NCBI GenBank assembly: GCA_903865895.1
Contig: CAIPLM010000249.1
Span: 3,032 to 67,031, forward strand
DNA: 64,000 nucleotides
Reading direction: 5' to 3'
From: an uncultured Rhodospirillales bacterium
GTDB taxonomy: Bacteria > Pseudomonadota > Alphaproteobacteria > Acetobacterales > Acetobacteraceae
Positions within the stretch are counted from its first letter, which is position 1; each line of letters starts with the position of its first letter. The notes beneath the pieces are model-generated. The model was not told the origin of the DNA, did not search any database, and was given only the letters and a program-made list of their open reading frames with translations. The position numbers and the translations under genes were made by a program. Of this stretch, positions 58,897-64,000 are shown one piece after another.

Positions 58897-60068
58897 GCCA
58901 GCACTTTCCGTGCGGCGAGGCCGTCGATTTCGGCTTCGGTGTAGCCGAATTCCGCCAGCACGTCCCGCCCGTCACCGCCGAGCTTGGGCGGCAGGCGGCG
59001 GAGCGTGAAGCCGCCATCGGAGAGGTGCACCGGCGAGCCGACAGCCGCGAAATCGCGGCCGCCGCCCAGCAGCATGCCGTTGATCTCGGTCTGCGGGTCG
59101 GACAGCGCATCGAACAGCGGGCGCACCGGGGAGCACAGCAGGTCCCGCCCCTCAAGTGCGGCAATCCAGTGTTCGGTGGTGTTGGTGGCGATGCGGGCGC
59201 GCAGCATGTCGTGCAGCGCGTTGCGGTTGGTGCTCGCCGTCTCGTAGCTGTCGAAGCGCGGATCGGCGGAGAGGTCGGGCAGGCCGAGGGCGATGCAGAT
59301 CTCCTGCAGCGGATTGGCTTTGAAGGCGCCGACGATCACCACCGCGCCATCCGTGGTCTCGAAGCAGCCGGTGAAGGGCATCGCGCCCCAGGAGAAATCC
59401 CGCTCGCGCATCAGCCACATCGAGGCTTCCTGCATCTGCATCGCCAGCACGGAATCATAGAGCGACACTTCGACGCGCTGGCCCCGCCCGGTGCGGCCGC
59501 GTTGCAGCAAGGCGAGCAGGATGCCCTGAACCATATGCATGCCGGCCGAATAATCGGCGAGGGCCGTCGGGTAGATCAGCGTGGGCTCCGAGGGGTGGCA
59601 TTTGCGCGCCATCAGCCCGCTCATCGCCTGAGCCAGGATGTCCTGCCCGCCCTTATGGGCGTAGGGGCCCTTGGGGCCGAAGCCGGTGCCCTCGGCGTAG
59701 ATGATGCCGGGATTGCGGGCGGACAGCGCCTCGTAGCCAAGGCCCATGCGGTCCATCACCCCTGCCCGGAAGTTGTTCACCACCACATCGGCGGTTTCCA
59801 GCAGCCGGTGCACCACCGCCATCCCCTCGGGGGATTTGAGGTCGAGCGCGATGGAGCGCTTATTGCGGTTGAGCGATGAGAACACCGGGTTCTGCAACCC
59901 GGCAGGGTCCGGGATCGCGGTGCGCGAGAGATCGCCGGCGCCCATGCGCTCGACCTTGATGACATCGGCGCCGTAGTCGCCGAGCGTCTGGGTGCAGCAA
60001 GGACCCATCATCACCTGGGTGAAGTCGATCACCTTGATGCCGTCGAGCGGTTGGGCGGACGTGCTCAC
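58893..60068 (-). CDS. family III CoA-transferase (CaiB/BaiF-like)
   Basis: LDGIKVIDFTQVMMGPCCTQTLGDYGADVIKVE... is typical of family III CoA transferases. Confidence 0.9.
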   Translation of the reverse strand: MSTSAQPLDGIKVIDFTQVMMGPCCTQTLGDYGADVIKVERMGAGDLSRTAIPDPAGLQNPVFSSLNRNKRSIALDLKSPEGMAVVHRLLETADVVVNNFRAGVMDRMGLGYEALSARNPGIIYAEGTGFGPKGPYAHKGGQDILAQAMSGLMARKCHPSEPTLIYPTALADYSAGMHMVQGILLALLQRGRTGRGQRVEVSLYDSVLAMQMQEASMWLMRERDFSWGAMPFTGCFETTDGAVVIVGAFKANPLQEICIALGLPDLSADPRFDSYETASTNRNALHDMLRARIATNTTEHWIAALEGRDLLCSPVRPLFDALSDPQTEINGMLLGGGRDFAAVGSPVHLSDGGFTLRRLPPKLGGDGRDVLAEFGYTEAEIDGLAARKVLA

Positions 60069-61450
60069 GCGGTGGCCTCCAGGATTTTCGCGTTGGCCGA
60101 GGGACGGTCCCCGGGGTCGGCTCCCTGGGCGCGCAGGCGCTTCTGCAATTCGGCGACGTCGAGGTCCCGCAGCTTCACGCCGGAGGACAATGCCATGGTG
60201 GCGGCGAGCCCGGCGGCCTCGCCCATCGCCATGCAGGGCGGGATTTCGCGCGACATCTTCTGCGCCGCTGACGTGGCAGAGTAGTGCCGGCCGGCGACGA
60301 GAAGGTTCTCGACGTTGCGCGGCAGAATGGCGCGGTAGGGAGTGTAGTAGTCCCGCCCGCGCGCAATGCTGTCGGCGAAATGCACGCGCTGATTGATGTC
60401 CTCTTTCGTCACCACGTATTCGCCCTCAAGCAGTCGTGTCTGCCGCACCCCGGTCTGCGGCGCCACGTCCACCACGTAGCACTTGGCAAAGCCCGGCAGG
60501 TTGGCGCGGATATAATCCACCATGCGATGGATGCGGCGGCGGCCCTCGAACTCGGCGCGGGTGAGGTCGGCCACTTTCATACCGTCATAGCCGGTCATGT
60601 GCGGGCAGTTGCACCAGACGATGCCGGGCAACGGCGTCTTCAGCCACCAGTAATCCCACGAGCCGCCGATCAGCCGCTTGGCTTCGCGGTCGATCGCCTG
60701 GAAGCGCTCGGGCTCCTCGAACTGGAAGCGCTCGGCCTCGTCGGTATCGACGCCGCCGAGGCGGAACACGGTGGTCACCATGTAGGCGCCCTCGATGAAG
60801 GCGGCGCCGGCGGAGGCCGCGACATCGAGATCGCCCGTGGTGTCGATCACCATGCCGCCCATGATCGCCTGGCGGCCCTCCTTGGTCTCCACCACCACGC
60901 CCGTGGCGCGGCCATCCTCGACGATGGTGCGGGAGAACCAGGAATGCAGCCGCAGTTCGAGCCCGGCCTCCAGCACCATCTCGTCGGAAATGCGCTTCCA
61001 GCCGTCGGGGTCAAACGCCACCGAGTAGCAGATCGGGTGCGGCTTGTAGTGGGTGTGGAAATCGAACACCCCCCAGCGTGACCATTTGCGGTGCATCGCC
61101 GGGTCATTGCCGATCGCCTCGGGCGGCGGCACGACGGCCAGCCCGTGCTTGGCCATGCGCCCGATCATCTCGTCGCAAATGCCGCGGACGGTGACCTCGG
61201 TGCCGTTCACCATGTCATCGAGCACCAGCACCATGCCGCCCGAGGCGAGGCCGCCCAGATACGGGTACCGCTCCACCAAGGTGACGGAAGCGCCGGCGCG
61301 CGCGGCTGAGACGGCGGCGGAGAACCCGGCGGGGCCGCCGCCGACCACCACGACATCGGCGCGCGAGACGACGGGCACCTGGCCGGCGGGCTCATGGATC
61401 ATGTCGGTCATCTTCATTCTTTCACGTTGGGTATCATGAGACGCCAGCAT
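60065..61450 (-). CDS. FAD-dependent oxidoreductase
   Basis: ADVVVVGGGPAGFSAAVSAARAGASVTLVE dinucleotide-binding motif. The start is uncertain (61450 or ATG 61417). Confidence 0.85.
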   Translation of the reverse strand: MLASHDTQRERMKMTDMIHEPAGQVPVVSRADVVVVGGGPAGFSAAVSAARAGASVTLVERYPYLGGLASGGMVLVLDDMVNGTEVTVRGICDEMIGRMAKHGLAVVPPPEAIGNDPAMHRKWSRWGVFDFHTHYKPHPICYSVAFDPDGWKRISDEMVLEAGLELRLHSWFSRTIVEDGRATGVVVETKEGRQAIMGGMVIDTTGDLDVAASAGAAFIEGAYMVTTVFRLGGVDTDEAERFQFEEPERFQAIDREAKRLIGGSWDYWWLKTPLPGIVWCNCPHMTGYDGMKVADLTRAEFEGRRRIHRMVDYIRANLPGFAKCYVVDVAPQTGVRQTRLLEGEYVVTKEDINQRVHFADSIARGRDYYTPYRAILPRNVENLLVAGRHYSATSAAQKMSREIPPCMAMGEAAGLAATMALSSGVKLRDLDVAELQKRLRAQGADPGDRPSANAKILEATA

Positions 61451-61505
61451 TTCCGCAACTTACACTAAGTCGCAGGTTGCAACTCAACTTAGCAAAGCCG
61501 GAGCC

Positions 61506-61772
61506 ATGGTCGAAGACTTGATCATTGCACCGACTCGGTCCTACACGCCACAACATGGTCTCAGGCTAACGTCAAAAGTCGGCCGAATGAAGGGCATGGA
61601 TGCCATGGCGAGCAAGGACATTGAAAAATTGTTCCGCGAGAAAGACGAACGTAAAAAAAGTGATAGCTTGCTTGTTGAAGACGACGCCCCCGGCCAGAAA
61701 TCGTCCAAACAACCTAACCCGCAACGCCGCTTGGATCGCCCAGCACGGCAAGATACTCCGAAAGCGCGATGA
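61506..61772 (+). CDS. hypothetical Lys/Asp-rich small protein (low-GC islet)
   Basis: 88-aa ORF. The start may be an internal Met (MKGMDAMASKDIEKLF...). ATGA overlap with the next ORF. No family recognised. Confidence 0.3.
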   Translation: MVEDLIIAPTRSYTPQHGLRLTSKVGRMKGMDAMASKDIEKLFREKDERKKSDSLLVEDDAPGQKSSKQPNPQRRLDRPARQDTPKAR

Positions 61773-62152
61773 CTACCAAGCTGACGGCCTTTGCAGCCGA
61801 GTGGATGACTTTCGCTACGTTGGTATTGATCGTGACCGCAGCGCAGGCTGCGGATTGGAAATTGCTTGGCAAAAACCTCCCATTGGAACCAGGGATAACG
61901 GGAAATATTTACTACGATAAAGATAGCATCGTGCGGCCAAGTGCATCAACGGTGTCCGTGTGGGAGCGATACGAACTTCCCAATCGTGACATGAAGATGT
62001 GGATTAGCTTCAATTGTTCAAAAAGAGAAATCACGATCAAATCTGCTATAATCGATGGGCGCAACGTCTATGATGCACCATGGCTCAATAGATCGCTGGG
62101 TGTTGAACCCCAGACTTCCGACGAAAAATTGTTTTCGATCGTTTGTAAATAG
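61769..62152 (+). CDS. small secreted protein, possibly surface-adhesin-protein-E-like fold
   Basis: Signal peptide (TFATLVLIVTAAQA/ADW). The pattern W..LG......IYYDKDSIV......VSVWERYEL...ISFNCSKREITIKS resembles small periplasmic proteins of the Adhesin_E type. Hand-counted GC is ~35-57% per 60-nt line. Confidence 0.5.
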   Translation: MTTKLTAFAAEWMTFATLVLIVTAAQAADWKLLGKNLPLEPGITGNIYYDKDSIVRPSASTVSVWERYELPNRDMKMWISFNCSKREITIKSAIIDGRNVYDAPWLNRSLGVEPQTSDEKLFSIVCK

Positions 62153-62223
62153 CTCGACGCCGTCGCGTGTTCGTGAAATAGGCACCCACCTGCCACCAGA
62201 GCCATTCCTTGAATGATGGGGGC

Positions 62224-62263
62224 TGGGGCCTACGGCCCCAGCGGGTCCAGGGCAGAGCCCTGG
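62224..62263. repeat. REP-like twin GC hairpins
   Basis: tggggcc-tac-ggcccca (62224-62240) and ccaggg-cagag-ccctgg (62247-62263), in the spacer between convergent genes. Confidence 0.4.
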
Positions 62264-62292
62264 CCTTCCTGTCTATCCACCGCTCTGCATCA

Positions 62293-63096
62293 TCACCCCC
62301 CCGGCGCTTCCCAGCGGATGACGAGACGTTCAAGCAGGCGGACCGCCATGAAGAAGGCGACCGAGAAGGCGGAGCCGCAGAGGACGACGGCGTAGAGCAG
62401 GGCGCTGTCGAAGTTGTAGGTGGCCTGGATGATCAGGGCGCCGATGCCTTCCTGCGAGCCGATCCATTCGCCGACAATCGCACCCACCACGGCGGTGGAG
62501 GTGGCGACCTTGAGGGCGGAGAACAGGAAGGGGAGCGAGGTCGGCAGGCGGAGTTTCCAGAAGATTTCCCAGCGGCTGCCGGAGAGCACGTGCATCAGCT
62601 CCATCGCCTGCGGGCTGACGGCTTCGAGGCCGCGGGCCATGTTCACCAAAGTGGGGAAGAAGCAGATCACCGCGGAAATGGCGATTTTCGGCGCCAGCCC
62701 GTTGCCGAGCATCAGCACTAGGATCGGTGCCTTGGCGACGATGGGGATGGAGTTGATGAAGACGGCGACGGGGAAGAACGCCTGCTCCATCGTGCGGCAA
62801 TGCACGAAGATGGTGGCGATGCCGATACCCAGCAGGTTGCCGATGATGAAGCCGCCGATCGCCTCGATGGCGGTCGGCGCCAGATTGTCCATCAGCATGC
62901 CGAATTTCTGATAGAGCGTGATCGCCACCACCTCGGGCGAGGGGGCGATGAAGGGGCGGACGTGGAAATAGGCCACCACCGCCCACCACAGGAACAGCAG
63001 CGCGCCGGCGCCGGCGCTCGGCAGCAGCCAGCCGCGCAGTTTGCGGCGGCGCTGGGCGGCCTGCCAGGCGGCGTCCATCTCGGCCTCTTCCATCAC
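62293..63096 (-). CDS. ABC transporter permease (nitrate/sulfonate/taurine type)
   Basis: BPD_transp_1-like permease with 6 predicted helices. ATGA overlap with the ATPase gene. Confidence 0.9.
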   Translation of the reverse strand: MMEEAEMDAAWQAAQRRRKLRGWLLPSAGAGALLFLWWAVVAYFHVRPFIAPSPEVVAITLYQKFGMLMDNLAPTAIEAIGGFIIGNLLGIGIATIFVHCRTMEQAFFPVAVFINSIPIVAKAPILVLMLGNGLAPKIAISAVICFFPTLVNMARGLEAVSPQAMELMHVLSGSRWEIFWKLRLPTSLPFLFSALKVATSTAVVGAIVGEWIGSQEGIGALIIQATYNFDSALLYAVVLCGSAFSVAFFMAVRLLERLVIRWEAPGG

Positions 63097-63860
63097 AGCC
63101 CCTCCAGCACGCGGCGCAGATGGGCGGCGAGGCGGACGAATTCCGGGGTTTCCCGCACTGCAAGGCCGCGCGGCTCCGGCAGATCGACGGTGACCAGCTC
63201 GCGCACCCGGCCGGGCCGCGGCGCCAGCACCAGCACCTTGCGGGCGAGGAAGGCAGCCTCGTAGATGCTGTGGGTGACGAAGACGATCGTGGTGCCGGTT
63301 TCGCGCCAGATGCGCAACAGCTCCTCGTTGAGGCGGTCCCGGGTGATTTCGTCGAGCGCGCCGAAGGGCTCGTCCATCAGCAGGATGCGGGGGCCGCCGA
63401 GCAAGGCGCGGGCGATGGCGACGCGCTGGCGCATGCCGCCGGAGAGCTCATGCGGGTAGGATTTCTCCCAGCCCGCCAGGCCGACCATGTCCAGCAGCGC
63501 CTCGGGAGAGACCGGTACGCTGCCACGCCGGCCACCGACTTCGAGCGGCAGGCGCACGTTGTCGAGCACGTTGCGCCAGGGCAGCAGGGAGGCGTCCTGG
63601 AAGACGAAGCCGATTTCGCGGCGCTGGCGGGCGCCCGAGGGCGCCTCGCCGAACACCTTCACCGAGCCCGTGGTGGGGGCGATGATATCGGCGATCACCC
63701 GCAGCAGGGTGGATTTGCCGCAGCCGGAGGGGCCCAGCAGCGTGACGAAATCGCCTGGCTCGAGCGCCAGCGATACGCGTTCGAGCGCCGTGACCGCACG
63801 CCGCTCGCTCATGAAGCGAACGGTGACGTCCCGGCAATCGAGCGCGAGATCCCCCCCCAC
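63093..63860 (-). CDS. ABC transporter ATP-binding protein (SsuB/TauB-like)
   Basis: Walker [10 protein letters not shown], signature LSGGMRQR, Walker [13 protein letters not shown]. The GTG at 63860 is chosen because the longest ORF (to 63992) overlaps the upstream gene's 3' end. Confidence 0.85.
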   Translation of the reverse strand: MGGDLALDCRDVTVRFMSERRAVTALERVSLALEPGDFVTLLGPSGCGKSTLLRVIADIIAPTTGSVKVFGEAPSGARQRREIGFVFQDASLLPWRNVLDNVRLPLEVGGRRGSVPVSPEALLDMVGLAGWEKSYPHELSGGMRQRVAIARALLGGPRILLMDEPFGALDEITRDRLNEELLRIWRETGTTIVFVTHSIYEAAFLARKVLVLAPRPGRVRELVTVDLPEPRGLAVRETPEFVRLAAHLRRVLEGL

Positions 63861-63865
63861 GACGC

Positions 63866-64000
63866 TCAGCCGATGCGCGGCCGGGCGTCCTTGGTGGCAT
63901 CGAGGATTTCCATCGTCATCACCTCCTCGAGCTTGGGCACGCGCTTGGAGAACTGGCCGAGCTCGGCATAGAGCGCGATCTGCTCCTGCCACACGGCGGG
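63866..64000 (-). CDS. C-terminal end of a periplasmic substrate-binding protein (SsuA/TauA-like), partial
   Basis: The reverse frame is open from the window edge to the TGA at 63866-63868 (...[44 protein letters not shown]). Function is inferred from its position upstream of the ATPase and permease genes. Confidence 0.5.
   Translation of the reverse strand, partial: PAVWQEQIALYAELGQFSKRVPKLEEVMTMEILDATKDARPRIG

Noticed and set aside
54729-58944. Plus-strand ORFs 54729..56618 (629 aa), 56219..57679 (486 aa) and 57658..58944 (428 aa)
   Set aside because: They are antisense to the BVMO, amidohydrolase, ferredoxin and crotonase genes. The last one even reads through the AT-rich repeat. There are no domains.

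Overview
High-G+C, densely coding chromosomal segment with alphaproteobacterial-type gene content. The genus cannot be assigned from sequence alone. I support about 56 protein-coding genes. I found no rRNA, tRNA, CRISPR array, transposase or integrase. Most long antisense ORFs in the six-frame track are GC-driven shadow ORFs.

Main blocks:
1. 0.5-9.2 kb (minus strand): a type I secretion operon. It encodes an ABC exporter with a C39-like domain, a HlyD adaptor, a cytoplasmic Sel1-repeat protein and a 1030-aa TPR-GT2-GT4-like glycosyltransferase.
2. 10.4-14.9 kb: a SahR-like regulator translationally coupled to metH.
3. 17.0-21.0 kb: a cysteine-free, glycine-rich (GGNGG, PGRS-like) modular giant protein interrupted by a 1-nt frameshift.
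4. 21-22 kb: asd.
5. 22.5-24.8 kb: a RuBisCO-like protein, cupin and HAD operon.
6. 24.9-35.2 kb: an LLM oxidoreductase, a Nudix / Atm1-like ABC exporter / Nudix-like trio, a FadB-like enzyme, a peptide-binding protein, an SDR and an M19 dipeptidase.
7. 33.5-43.0 kb (minus strand): a MoxR, DUF58, BatA/DUF4159 and vWA-like envelope operon. It continues almost without gaps into tspO, an ankyrin protein, the dipeptidase and the SDR.
8. 43-51 kb: housekeeping genes (DUF1285, CoA pyrophosphatase, cca, phosphomannomutase, galU, a J-domain protein, maeB).
9. 51.0-54.0 kb: a slightly lower-GC fucosylation islet with fcl, a methyltransferase and a NodZ-like fucosyltransferase fused to TPR.
10. 54.5-61.5 kb: a CoA-dependent catabolic cluster with a Baeyer-Villiger monooxygenase.
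11. 61.5-62.2 kb: a low-GC islet.
12. 62.3-64.0 kb: an SsuABC/TauABC-like transporter.

A previously unlisted ~130-150 nt AT-rich composite palindromic repeat occurs three times, at 14.9, 24.8 and 58.0 kb.

The most interesting candidate system is the T1SS coupled to a Sel1-repeat protein and a TPR-glycosyltransferase, with the nearby Ser/Thr-rich glycine-repeat protein as a possible glycosylated cargo.
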